Assembly (NCBI GenBank): GCA_046485135.1
Contig: JAWOHN010000140.1
Span: 1,478 to 65,477 of the forward strand
DNA length: 64,000 nt
DNA from: Anaerolineales bacterium
Lineage (GTDB): Bacteria > Chloroflexota > Anaerolineae > Anaerolineales > UBA4823
Reading direction: 5' to 3'
In this document: positions 1-9,069 of the stretch, piece by piece
How positions within the stretch are numbered: position 1 is the stretch's first letter
Layout of the letters: every line of letters starts with the position of its first letter
The notes under the pieces: model-generated
Told to the model about the DNA's origin: nothing
The model's database searches: none
Seen by the model: the letters and a program-made list of their open reading frames with translations, nothing else
Program-made: the position numbers and the translations under genes

Positions 1-1003
1 TCATTCGCCGTACCAGGCGAACAATATCCCACTTAGTGATCATCCGGTGCGTAATGGGGACGCGGCTTTGTAAATCTAGCTTTTGGTTTAACTTGTAACG
101 TCCAACGCGCTCCAGGTCATAATGACGTTGGTCAAAAAGCTGTTCCTCCAAGAATTCGCGGGCATTGTCCAGCGTTGCTGGGTCGCCCGGTCGCATGCGC
201 TTGAAGAACTCGAGCAAGGCAGCCTGAGCTATGGTCAGGTTTCCACTCAGATCCCACTCGGGTTCCTGATAGAAGGTTGAGGCAATGTACATTCGATCGG
301 GGTTATTATCCACATCCCCAAAAAGCCCCAGGAGCTCTTCATCGGTTCCATTGTTGAGGGGAGAGTCTGAAAGCCCATCGTCAACAGCAGCCAGAGCTCG
401 CAGGAAAATTGTGATCGGGACAGTGCGCTTGCGATTGAAACGCAGCGTAAGGTAATCACTTTTACGTGTCTCAAACTCCATCCATGCGCCCCGGTCTGGG
501 ATCAACTTGGCAATAGCTAAAGGTCGCCCGGTTGACCGGTCTATGGGCGCTTCAAAATAAACGCCAGGCGAGCGGATCAATTGCGAGACAACGACTCTCT
601 CGGTTCCATTGATGATAAAGGTGCCTTTTTCTGTCATCTCAGGGAAATCACCCAGGAATATGTCCTGTTTGATGGGCTCCGCGACATCTGGCCCAGCTAG
701 CAGGACCGAGACATATAAAGGACTGGCGTAGGTCAGGTCACGCTCTACACATTCGTCGAGGGTGTGCTTTGGATCACCAAACCAATACGTCAGACCCCAT
801 TGATCTGACTCCGGGGTCCGGCTGGGAAAGTACAATTTCATCCCCTTATTGTAGGACTCGATTGGGGATAACTCATGAAAAAGGTCTCCTAACCCATCTT
901 GTTTAAGCCGTTCGAAAGATTCTAGCTGAACCTCAATCAAATCTGGCAATGGCAAGGTAACCTGGATACGCGCGTAAGACTTGCTAGGAACATCTGATGC
1001 CAT
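1..1003 (-). CDS. rpoB: DNA-directed RNA polymerase beta subunit, N-terminal part (gene runs off the left edge)
   Basis: Absent from ORF track because it is open to the window edge. Own translation from ATG at 1003..1001: MASDVPSKSYARIQVTLPLPDLIEVQLESF...FLGDFPEMTEKGTFIINGTERVVVSQLIRSPGVYF, the conserved RpoB N-terminal signature. Confidence 0.9.
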   Translation of the reverse strand, partial: MASDVPSKSYARIQVTLPLPDLIEVQLESFERLKQDGLGDLFHELSPIESYNKGMKLYFPSRTPESDQWGLTYWFGDPKHTLDECVERDLTYASPLYVSVLLAGPDVAEPIKQDIFLGDFPEMTEKGTFIINGTERVVVSQLIRSPGVYFEAPIDRSTGRPLAIAKLIPDRGAWMEFETRKSDYLTLRFNRKRTVPITIFLRALAAVDDGLSDSPLNNGTDEELLGLFGDVDNNPDRMYIASTFYQEPEWDLSGNLTIAQAALLEFFKRMRPGDPATLDNAREFLEEQLFDQRHYDLERVGRYKLNQKLDLQSRVPITHRMITKWDIVRLVRRM

Positions 1004-1321
1004 ACTTCTCTCCTAATCTATGGCGGTAATTACAAAAAAACCGGTCTGGTTGAGTCTATCTTAAATCCTTCAATAGATATCCCCGCGAATAGGTTTGGGG
1101 TAAAATCTATATATGAAAAATTATCTATATACTTTAATCGCATTCAAATGACAACAAGGCCTGGCGCACATCTGCCAGACCCAGGACCTTAGCTGACCGG
1201 TCCTTGATAAGCCTGTTGGTTTTCATGAAGTGACCCGTATATATCGCCTGATTCACGAAAGATAATTATAACAACCAGTTAATCAATTGTAAAGATGAAT
1301 TGAGCACCAATTTTAATCGCC

Positions 1322-2227
1322 ATGGAAAATCAAGCCAAGTCACCCTTCACATCCGGTTTTGTAGCGGTAATGGGACGACCCAATGTTGGAAAATCAACTC
1401 TGATTAACTCACTGATGGGCCAGAAGATCGCGGCTGTCTCTCCCAAGCCACAAACGACCCGGAAACGCCAACTCGGCATCCTGACACTACCAGACACTCA
1501 AATCATTTTCGTGGATACACCCGGCATCCACCAACCCCGCCATAAACTTGGCGAAAGCATGAACAAGCAAGCCCGGGAGGCGCTTGAAGCAAGCGATTTG
1601 ATTCTGTTCTTGGTGGATGCAAGCCAGCGGCCTACCGATGAAGATCGCATCCTTATCGACCTTTTGCACGAAATGAAAGGTAAGGTCCCCACGATTTTGG
1701 CTTTCAATAAAATCGACCAGGTAGAAATGGAGATTTTGGGGCAGAACGAACAGGAATTTCTGAGCCAGATGCCCGAGGTAATCCCACTGCGCATCTCTGC
1801 AACCCGTGGCGATAATCTGGGCATCCTTATTGATTTAATTCGGATGCGCTTACCAAAAAGTCAGGCCTTATATCCAGAAGGGCAAGTCACTGATCTCTAC
1901 GAGCGAGATATAGCCAGCGACCTTATCCGGGAAGCAGCGCTCATTAACTTACGTGATGAAATTCCACATGGAATAACCGTCCGAATTGATGAATTTACAG
2001 AACGAAATGAACATGGCGCCTATATTGCCGCTACGATTTTTGTGGAGCGCGAAAGCCACAAACCCATCGTGATCGGTCAGTCGGGGGGGATGTTGAAAAA
2101 AATCGGATCTTCTGCCCGTGCAGAAATCGAAAAAATGAGCGGGCGTAAAGTATTCTTACAATTGAAAGTCAAAGTACGCAAGAATTGGCGCAACAACGAG
2201 AAGATATTAAGGTGGTTCGGCTATTAA
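1322..2227 (+). CDS. era: GTPase Era
   Basis: G1 GRPNVGKST, PQTTR, DTPG, NKID motifs plus C-terminal KH-like region; 301 aa. Confidence 0.93.
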   Translation: MENQAKSPFTSGFVAVMGRPNVGKSTLINSLMGQKIAAVSPKPQTTRKRQLGILTLPDTQIIFVDTPGIHQPRHKLGESMNKQAREALEASDLILFLVDASQRPTDEDRILIDLLHEMKGKVPTILAFNKIDQVEMEILGQNEQEFLSQMPEVIPLRISATRGDNLGILIDLIRMRLPKSQALYPEGQVTDLYERDIASDLIREAALINLRDEIPHGITVRIDEFTERNEHGAYIAATIFVERESHKPIVIGQSGGMLKKIGSSARAEIEKMSGRKVFLQLKVKVRKNWRNNEKILRWFGY

Positions 2228-2283
2228 TAATTTACCCCCAGAACTTACCCTTGTAGCACTCTTTTGAACCATGAAAATCCTAA

Positions 2284-2330
2284 AAATCGGGTGTTGCGCA
2301 GGCAGTGTAGCCGCGCAACACCCGATTTCT
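2284..2330. terminator. Bidirectional hairpin between convergent era and the 2396..3550 gene
   Basis: AAATCGGGTGTTGCGC (2284-2299) pairs perfectly with GCGCAACACCCGATTT (2313-2328), 13-nt loop; T-rich tails on both strands. Confidence 0.7.
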
Positions 2331-2395
2331 GGCCCAACCATAGTTGAGTACATAGCTGCCAAAGTTTCTGCTCTGCTATCAGGAAAGCTTATCGG

Positions 2396-3550
2396 TCAGC
2401 TTTCTTTCTCAATATCCGGTTCTGCACCTGTGGATGTTTCGTCTTCATTTTCATCTGGCTCAGTCTCCCAGGGAGCTGGTTCTAATTGATCTGTTACAGG
2501 AGTTTCTTCAACTGGAGAGACAGAAGGTACAGGCGCAGAGGGAACCTGTGGGTGCGGCCCTACCGGTGCAACCGGCAGTGGGGGAAGAGCTGGGCCCGGG
2601 TAGGGTTGGGTTCCAAAACGAGTCAAAAGCACCGCCCCAAACCCCAACATTCCTAACAGCGTTGGCACCACCCAGCCCACGCAAGGTACCACCTCCCCAA
2701 CGCCACCTGCCACAATGGTGAAAATCAAAGTCCCTACTCCGGCGGAGACCGGTGTGGCCCAATCTTGCTTCAGAGAAACCGACAGCCGCTGCCCAACTTC
2801 CATCCCGATGGAAATCCAACCAAGCAAAACCATCAAGGATAAAATCACGAATCCAATCAAGGTGACCGGTATCAAGATAATAGTGATGGTCATAATGAGC
2901 AAGACAATAGGAGCAATCACCGCACTCAACAAGCCAATACCTCCTGCCGGAATGGGTTGAGCGATAGCGGTCTGTCCAATCCTTTCGACATTCCGAGGCC
3001 AAAACATAACCACCAGCACAGCCAGGGCTGCGATCACAAAAGCCCGGAAGAAAAAGGCTACAAAATCCCACAAGGGATATGCCCGAACTTCCAGCGCCGG
3101 TAACCTCCCTCCACTTGGCAGGGTAAATTGAAAAGGACCTGTTGGTGCAGTATTCACTCGTCCTTCAATTCGAGCACCGGGCATGCGTTCATAGGAGCCG
3201 CCGACCAAATTAAGGTCGCCGCGCACAACAGCCTGGCTTCTAAGATCGATATTTCCACCCATGGCGTTGACGTCCCCAGACACTTCACCAGACAAGCTGA
3301 CATTACCCCCCAACACCATAATGTCTCCATTGACACGCGAGCCAGGCTCAAGTGTCGCGTTACCGCCCAGGATCCAAAGATTGCCCGAGAGCGTCTCTCC
3401 GCTTGCCAGAGTGAACGTCCCCCCCAGGACAAATTCATCCTGACGGCCTCTGAGGTAACCAGTCTCAGATGAGAAGGCTAAAGTCGTGACAGGGAAAGCC
3501 AGAATGGTAATTATTACCAACAGGTAGATTAACTTTGATATGGTTTTCAT
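2396..3550 (-). CDS. Membrane protein with bactofilin-like beta-helix repeats, multi-TM block and Pro-rich acidic tail
   Basis: Start reset to MKTISKLIYLLVII (ATGA overlap with upstream stop). Repeats GDIMVLGGNVSLSGEVSGDVNAMGGNIDLRSQAVVRGDLNLVGG; several hydrophobic segments; tail PGPALPPLPVAPVGP...EPDENEDE. Confidence 0.6.
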   Translation of the reverse strand: MKTISKLIYLLVIITILAFPVTTLAFSSETGYLRGRQDEFVLGGTFTLASGETLSGNLWILGGNATLEPGSRVNGDIMVLGGNVSLSGEVSGDVNAMGGNIDLRSQAVVRGDLNLVGGSYERMPGARIEGRVNTAPTGPFQFTLPSGGRLPALEVRAYPLWDFVAFFFRAFVIAALAVLVVMFWPRNVERIGQTAIAQPIPAGGIGLLSAVIAPIVLLIMTITIILIPVTLIGFVILSLMVLLGWISIGMEVGQRLSVSLKQDWATPVSAGVGTLIFTIVAGGVGEVVPCVGWVVPTLLGMLGFGAVLLTRFGTQPYPGPALPPLPVAPVGPHPQVPSAPVPSVSPVEETPVTDQLEPAPWETEPDENEDETSTGAEPDIEKES

Positions 3551-4086
3551 AGATTCATTCTCCGCGAATAAGTTAGTTGCTTCAACAGGACAAACCAAAG
3601 AACACAGACCATCGTGAATGTACCAAACAAGCCGATCCAGACCGGTGGAGGAACAAGATCGGTAACCGTTTTTAGTATGGAAAAAACCAAATTTTGAGCA
3701 GTTTGGACATAGGTAACCAAAGCGACCAGTCGATAAATTAGAAATAACAGAAATTTTTCTGGCGATCGTAGCAGCGGTATAGCCTGCAAACCCAAGAGGA
3801 TAAGCAGAATAGCCGCACCACCGGCGGTGATGCCAAATAAGATCCAGGACTGAACAAAGTTGCGCTTGCGATTGTGCTCTACTAAGCGCTCTTGCCAGCG
3901 GTCAGCAAAACCAATTGCTGGCGCTAACCGAGGGGTTGCATCAAAGAGCCGATGCACATTGTTCCAGGATTCTTCCAGGTTTGAGCATCGGTCACAAATT
4001 TCAAGATGCTCTCGCAGTAAGTGGGTTTGGTCCTCGTCTAGAGCATCCTCAGAAAGTAGCCAGGATTCAAAAGGCTGGTGATTCAT
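3547..4086 (-). CDS. Anti-sigma factor (zf-HC2-like) with C-terminal TM segments
   Basis: Start reset to MNHQPFESW (GAGAGG SD 8 nt upstream; 20-nt overlap with sigma gene). HLEICDRC motif; position directly after the ECF sigma. Confidence 0.65.
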   Translation of the reverse strand: MNHQPFESWLLSEDALDEDQTHLLREHLEICDRCSNLEESWNNVHRLFDATPRLAPAIGFADRWQERLVEHNRKRNFVQSWILFGITAGGAAILLILLGLQAIPLLRSPEKFLLFLIYRLVALVTYVQTAQNLVFSILKTVTDLVPPPVWIGLFGTFTMVCVLWFVLLKQLTYSRRMNL

Positions 4087-4684
4087 TGCGTGTCCTCTCA
4101 ACAGTTTGGGGTAGGGGCACTTGCTCGGCCCACAATAAAGCCAGTTCACGTCTGGCTCGATGCAGCCGGCTTTTAACCGCACTGATCGTCAATGAAAGCG
4201 ATTCTCCAATCTCCTCATAAGAAAAATCATACCAATAGCGCATTACTACCGCAGCTCGATCCTGAGGGTTAAGACTTTCCAGCAGTGCCTGTACTTGCTG
4301 CTGTTTCTCTTTGGCAACCAGGGATCGTTCTGGTCCCGGTCCAAGATCGGGAGGATCAAAATAAGGAAGTTCTTCAAAGGACATCACTGTAAAACGGCGG
4401 CGGCGAATTTGATCAATGCAATAATGAGCCGCGATCGATAACAGCCAGGTGGAAAACGAGCGCCGATTGTCATAGCGGGAGAGCCCTTGATACGCGCGTA
4501 GAAAAGTCTCTTGGGCAGCATCCTCAGCATCATTCGCACTGCTTAACATCCGGTAGCACAGGTTATAAACGGGGGTTTGGTAAACCTCAATCAAACAAGC
4601 AAAAGCAGCTTGGTCACCCCGTTGGGCTTTCCTGAGCCACTCTGACTCAAATTCATTCACAAAGTCACTCCTCAGCTTTCCCAT
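4067..4684 (-). CDS. ECF-type RNA polymerase sigma-70 family factor
   Basis: Region 2 (AEDAAQETFLRAY) and region 4 (MRYWYDFSYEEIGESLSLTISAVKSRLHRAR) motifs; 205 aa. Confidence 0.88.
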   Translation of the reverse strand: MGKLRSDFVNEFESEWLRKAQRGDQAAFACLIEVYQTPVYNLCYRMLSSANDAEDAAQETFLRAYQGLSRYDNRRSFSTWLLSIAAHYCIDQIRRRRFTVMSFEELPYFDPPDLGPGPERSLVAKEKQQQVQALLESLNPQDRAAVVMRYWYDFSYEEIGESLSLTISAVKSRLHRARRELALLWAEQVPLPQTVERTRNESPAF

Positions 4685-4810
4685 AATGTTGCCTTGGGAA
4701 ATCCTTTACCTGTGTAGTCTTGGTTCTGATATATATACGTAAAAATTGACTGCAGGTTGCGAGCAGTTTATATACTGAATCTAACAACAATGGATGCAGA
4801 TCGATAATCT

Positions 4811-5707
4811 CTATTTAGCTGATAAGGGCAAGAATCCGGCCCCCAAGGCTTCCTGAGCCTGGCCAATAACCATGAATGCATTTGGGTCTGTCTCACGTAC
4901 CAAGGTTTTTAATTGATTTACCTCTCCACGACTGACCACACAATATAAAACGGAGCGCTGCGCTCCTGTGTAGGCGCCCGTCCCAGACAACATGGTTACA
5001 CCACGTTTTAAGTCGTGCAAAATTTTTGTAGAAACCGGCTCAGGCAAATCAGTCACGATCATGGCGGTACGAGTTACATTCGAACCGGCAACGACAACCT
5101 CCGCCACCACGCCACTCGTATAGAGTAAAACCAAAGCATACATGGCTTTCTCCCAACCAAAGGAGAGACCAGCCAAAAAAATCACCAGCGAATCGACCAT
5201 GAGGTAGCTTTGGGATATGGGCACACTGCGCCAATGATTGAGAATGCGCGCCAATATGTCACTTCCACCGCTGGTTCCATACCCCCGGTATACCAACCCA
5301 TAACCCGTTCCACTTACTACCGCGCCGTAGAGCACATTCAGGACCAGATCATCGGTGATACCATCCGCCGGTAGAAACATAACTAGCAAATCAGTTAAGA
5401 TAGAGATGCTGGCAACTGCGAAGGCTGTCCGCAGGGCAAAACGCGGCCCTCCTAAAAACTTCCAACCTAAAATAAATAGGGGAATATTGCCGATGAATAT
5501 CATCAAGCCGATTGGCCAGCCAGTATGATAATTGATCACTTGTGAAAGCCCGCTTACCCCTCCAATAACCAATTGGGATGGCACCAGGAATAACCGCAGG
5601 GAGAGCGCTTGCAAAGAGGCTCCTGCCAGAATGAAAGCAAAATCCCTAGCTGCTGACCAACTGAATTGTACAGGCCAGGGTAACCAATTTTTTAAGTTTG
5701 ACTGCAT
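4811..5707 (-). CDS. YitT-family membrane protein (DUF2179 C-terminal domain)
   Basis: GGVSGLSQVINYHTGWPIGLMIFIGNIPLFILGW and C-terminal soluble domain typical of YitT family. Confidence 0.75.
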   Translation of the reverse strand: MQSNLKNWLPWPVQFSWSAARDFAFILAGASLQALSLRLFLVPSQLVIGGVSGLSQVINYHTGWPIGLMIFIGNIPLFILGWKFLGGPRFALRTAFAVASISILTDLLVMFLPADGITDDLVLNVLYGAVVSGTGYGLVYRGYGTSGGSDILARILNHWRSVPISQSYLMVDSLVIFLAGLSFGWEKAMYALVLLYTSGVVAEVVVAGSNVTRTAMIVTDLPEPVSTKILHDLKRGVTMLSGTGAYTGAQRSVLYCVVSRGEVNQLKTLVRETDPNAFMVIGQAQEALGAGFLPLSAK

Positions 5708-5728
5708 AGACTTACCTCTGATATCAGC

Positions 5729-6655
5729 TTAATCTGCTCCAGGGTTTGAATGTGGGTTGTTCTCGATCAATTTTGTTCCTGCCAATGCTTCGATCACCCC
5801 TACCACAGCGGAATTATCCAGTTCTGCCATCCCCATATCCAGCATCGCATTGAACAATTGGGCGCTTATCGCCGCTGATGGCAGGGGCACTCCATATTGT
5901 CGAGCAGTATCCAGGACAATAGCAAGGTCTTTGGCCTGCATATAAGCCTTAAAACCCGGCGCACGATTACCCGTAAACAAGCGCGCTGGTTTGACATCTA
6001 AAGTCCAACACTGGGCTGCCCCACCCCGGATTGCCTGGACAACCTTTTGTGGATCTGCGCCGGCTTTCTGGGCAAAAATCAACAGCTCGCCCATCGCCAC
6101 CATCTGCGCGGCAACCATGATTTGGTTGGCCGCTTTAGCGATCTGCCCCGCACCCTCTCCTCCAACATGAATTATGGATTTACCGATGACTTCAAAGACA
6201 GGCCTGACCCGCTCCAAGGCCTGTTCCGGACCGCCGACCATGATTGCCAGTGTGCCATCTCGGGCGCCGATATCCCCACCACTGACTGGGGCATCCAGGC
6301 AAAGCACATCCTTTTCTGCCATTGCTGCAGCAATCTGCCGAGTGCTGGCTGGCTTGATGGTTGAATTATCCACAAAAATCAAGCCCGGATGAGCCCCTGC
6401 CAGTATCCCAGCCTCGCCCAGCGCCACCGCTTCTACATCGGGGGTGTCGGGTAAATTTGTAAACACAATATCTACCTGTGCCGCCGTTTCTGCGGGAGAG
6501 GAAGCTGAGCCAGCTCCTTCTGCAACCAATTCCTCGACAGCGGCCCGGCTACGATTGTGTACAACCAAAGGAAACCCAGCTTTTAATATGTTTCTGGCAA
6601 TGGACTTTCCCATCAATCCTAACCCGATATAACCAATTTTCAATTGTCTGGTCAT
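5729..6655 (-). CDS. NAD(P)-dependent 3-hydroxyisobutyrate / 2-hydroxy-3-oxopropionate reductase family oxidoreductase
   Basis: Start reset to MTRQLKIGYIGLGLMGKSIA (GGAGA SD); Rossmann GxGxxG and family-typical DAPVSGG motif. Confidence 0.8.
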   Translation of the reverse strand: MTRQLKIGYIGLGLMGKSIARNILKAGFPLVVHNRSRAAVEELVAEGAGSASSPAETAAQVDIVFTNLPDTPDVEAVALGEAGILAGAHPGLIFVDNSTIKPASTRQIAAAMAEKDVLCLDAPVSGGDIGARDGTLAIMVGGPEQALERVRPVFEVIGKSIIHVGGEGAGQIAKAANQIMVAAQMVAMGELLIFAQKAGADPQKVVQAIRGGAAQCWTLDVKPARLFTGNRAPGFKAYMQAKDLAIVLDTARQYGVPLPSAAISAQLFNAMLDMGMAELDNSAVVGVIEALAGTKLIENNPHSNPGAD

Positions 6656-6695
6656 CTTGTTCTCCAATTCAGAATAACTTCGCACCGATTTTCTT

Positions 6696-7790
6696 TCACT
6701 TACTCGCTTTTTCTACCAATGGCCCTTCTGGCGTATCTTTGACATTCCATCCTAGCTGTAGGATTTCATGGCGCAACGCATCAGCGTTGTTCCAGTCTTT
6801 TCGCTTCCGAGCTGCCTCACGCTGATCTACCAAATCAATGACCGTTTGTGGCGGCAGTGAGGCTTGCCCATTCTGAGCTTCTGAACGGAATTGCTGAGCA
6901 AATTGCCACACCTCATCAGGCAAACCAAACGATCCATTTGGAATTTGAAAATCGCCGATCTCACTCAAAGGAAAACTTGTGCGGGTTTTAAAAACCTTGC
7001 CTGTCTGGTGGGGTTGTTTGGGACCGGTCAAAATTTCAACCCCCCCCAAACCGAGCACGAGACCTTCTCCAGCGCGGAAATCAAACAGCAGCGCCGTTTT
7101 CTCGTCTAAACCAATCACCGGAATCCCAGGTGGCAGCATATCCATTAATGTATCAAACCTTGATCTGCCCATAAAACAACGGCTGGTATCCAATTCTTCC
7201 CCACCATCCTGGTTATTCCAATGGGGAATAAAGACTAGCGGGACACCATAGGGACCGAAAAGATCCAGGCCAACTTTCCAATGCGGTTCCTCTCCAACTT
7301 TGTAGATCTCATATACCGGTAAAGAAAAAGCGCTCACTGCAACCGTTGCTGCACTTGCAAGTGTCAGAGTCGCCCCAAGACGATGGCTGGCAATCATCCG
7401 ATACCAGGCCAGGCTATTCTTAAGCTGGCGCACTGCATAGGATGGGCTCCCAGGCCCCATAAAGATCATGTCAGCCCTTAGCAAAGGAGCCGTGATCTCT
7501 GCATCATTTGGGCTATATGAGGTGCCCTTTTTACGGGCAGGCACAATAACAGTTTGCGGTTGGTAATTTTGCAAATGTATTTGGAGAAAATCAGCCACCC
7601 TTTGGATTACATGGGTGGAGTTAAGTTCAAACCCTGCCGGTGTTTCCAGCAGGGCAATGTTGGGAGGACCTGACAGGGACCCTCCTAGTGCGATTTGTGC
7701 AAGAGCATGGTCAAAAATTCTTTTTCCGCTCGGTGAAGTTTCACCAGAGCCAAACAGAACTACCGGACCTGGAGTTATATTATCTGTCAT
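6696..7790 (-). CDS. Peptidase-S51/class-I-amidotransferase-like protein with a CysRS C-terminal-like tail
   Basis: N-terminal VVLFGSGETS...FMGPGSPSY...LTLASAATVA resembles the S51/GATase1-like fold (tentative). Tail LVDQREAARKRKDWNNADALRHEILQLGWNVKDTPEGP matches the C-terminal motif of cysteinyl-tRNA synthetases. Confidence 0.5.
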   Translation of the reverse strand: MTDNITPGPVVLFGSGETSPSGKRIFDHALAQIALGGSLSGPPNIALLETPAGFELNSTHVIQRVADFLQIHLQNYQPQTVIVPARKKGTSYSPNDAEITAPLLRADMIFMGPGSPSYAVRQLKNSLAWYRMIASHRLGATLTLASAATVAVSAFSLPVYEIYKVGEEPHWKVGLDLFGPYGVPLVFIPHWNNQDGGEELDTSRCFMGRSRFDTLMDMLPPGIPVIGLDEKTALLFDFRAGEGLVLGLGGVEILTGPKQPHQTGKVFKTRTSFPLSEIGDFQIPNGSFGLPDEVWQFAQQFRSEAQNGQASLPPQTVIDLVDQREAARKRKDWNNADALRHEILQLGWNVKDTPEGPLVEKASK

Positions 7791-7796
7791 AGGGGG

Positions 7797-8810
7797 TTAT
7801 TTATAGCGGTTGCGGATATTCGGAACCAGGTAATCCAGGAAACAAAGGTCGGTGTCGTAATCAGGGAACCACCCCCAGTCTCTTCTGGCAGCGCTATCAT
7901 CCAGGTCGGCAGGCCAGGAATCAACAATGTTCTGGCGGGCCAAGTCAGGCACAAAACTGATTTCCGCATCAGGGAAAGAACGGATCACCAGGTTTTTAAA
8001 CTGGCCGGCTGTCAAGCTGAAACTGGTTACATTGTATACCAGGCGGCCGAGAGCCTCTTTCGGCGCATCGGTGAGCATAAGCAGGGATTTTACCGCATCT
8101 GGCATAGCCATAAAGGGAATGCACACATCTTCACGCACAAAGCAAGCATAGGGTTCGCCTTTGGCCGCCGCATGCAACATTTCTGGGCCGTAATCGCTCG
8201 TGCCACCGGTGGGCGCTGTGTGGGCGCTGATCAAACCTGGAAAACGCAGGCTGCGAAAATCCAGCATGATCGGGCGCTCCACCGCCAGCTGGCGGTAATA
8301 CATGCTATAGTAGATGCCCAAGCGCTCACAATACAACTTATTACAGCCGTACATGGTCTGGGGATAATTCCACTCCCATTCCCGAACGCGGGTATAGGTT
8401 TTCTTGGTCTCCAAATCAGGGATGCCGTAGGCTGCGATCGAGCTTGGAAAAATAAAGCGGACTGGTTTCCCTCGCCAATCCGATTGTTCTGCCGCAAGTT
8501 GAAGCAAGGCAAGTGTTCCCTCCACATTTACGCGGTGAGCAGCTTCTGGTTTGAATTCACTGCGAGTCGAGAGCAACGCGGCCAAATGGAAAATCGTGTC
8601 GATCTCATATTCACTCACCAATCTAGAAAGCAATCCCGTATCGAGTATATCTCCCTGGATATGATTGGTTTTTGATTGAAGATCTTCAGGCAAAGGTTGA
8701 AGATCTAGCGAAACCAAATCGTTTGAGCTGGTCTCAGCCAATTGGTGAATCAGTGCATTTCCAATCTCACCCGCTGCCCCGGTTATGAGAGACACTTTTT
8801 TACGCATCAT
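7797..8810 (-). CDS. SDR/epimerase-family NAD-dependent dehydrogenase, L-threonine 3-dehydrogenase-like
   Basis: TGAAGEIGNALIHQL Rossmann, YGCNK (YxxxK), GGTSDYGPEML and CFVREDVCIPFMAMPDA blocks typical of GalE-like TDH; AAGGAG SD. Confidence 0.65.
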   Translation of the reverse strand: MMRKKVSLITGAAGEIGNALIHQLAETSSNDLVSLDLQPLPEDLQSKTNHIQGDILDTGLLSRLVSEYEIDTIFHLAALLSTRSEFKPEAAHRVNVEGTLALLQLAAEQSDWRGKPVRFIFPSSIAAYGIPDLETKKTYTRVREWEWNYPQTMYGCNKLYCERLGIYYSMYYRQLAVERPIMLDFRSLRFPGLISAHTAPTGGTSDYGPEMLHAAAKGEPYACFVREDVCIPFMAMPDAVKSLLMLTDAPKEALGRLVYNVTSFSLTAGQFKNLVIRSFPDAEISFVPDLARQNIVDSWPADLDDSAARRDWGWFPDYDTDLCFLDYLVPNIRNRYK

Positions 8811-9069
8811 TAGCTCCTTTTATGCTAGAATGATTATGCAGCAAGATTTCGCCCTGGAGTTAAGCATAGGATAGATTATATTGTACAACACTTACCATCT
8901 ATCCATTGAACTGCTCCATCTCAAACCTGCATAGTTGTAAAAGGGCAGTTTTGTTGCCAATCACTAAAGCAAACCGCCGGATTACTCATTGCTTTGAACA
9001 ATTTCTTTTGGTGGTTAGCTTACGAACCCATTCTAAAATACCCTTAAGGTTATTTACAGGAGGCTCCCT

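Noticed and set aside
247-474. 75-aa ORF in the track
   Set aside because: It lies antisense and out of frame inside the clearly recognisable rpoB coding sequence, so it is a shadow ORF.
2434-3472. Several 60-190-aa ORFs (2434..2721, 2508..3071, 2715..2960, 3128..3472 and others)
   Set aside because: All overlap the 2396..3550 gene on either strand. They have low-complexity or Arg/Pro-rich translations typical of off-frame readings.
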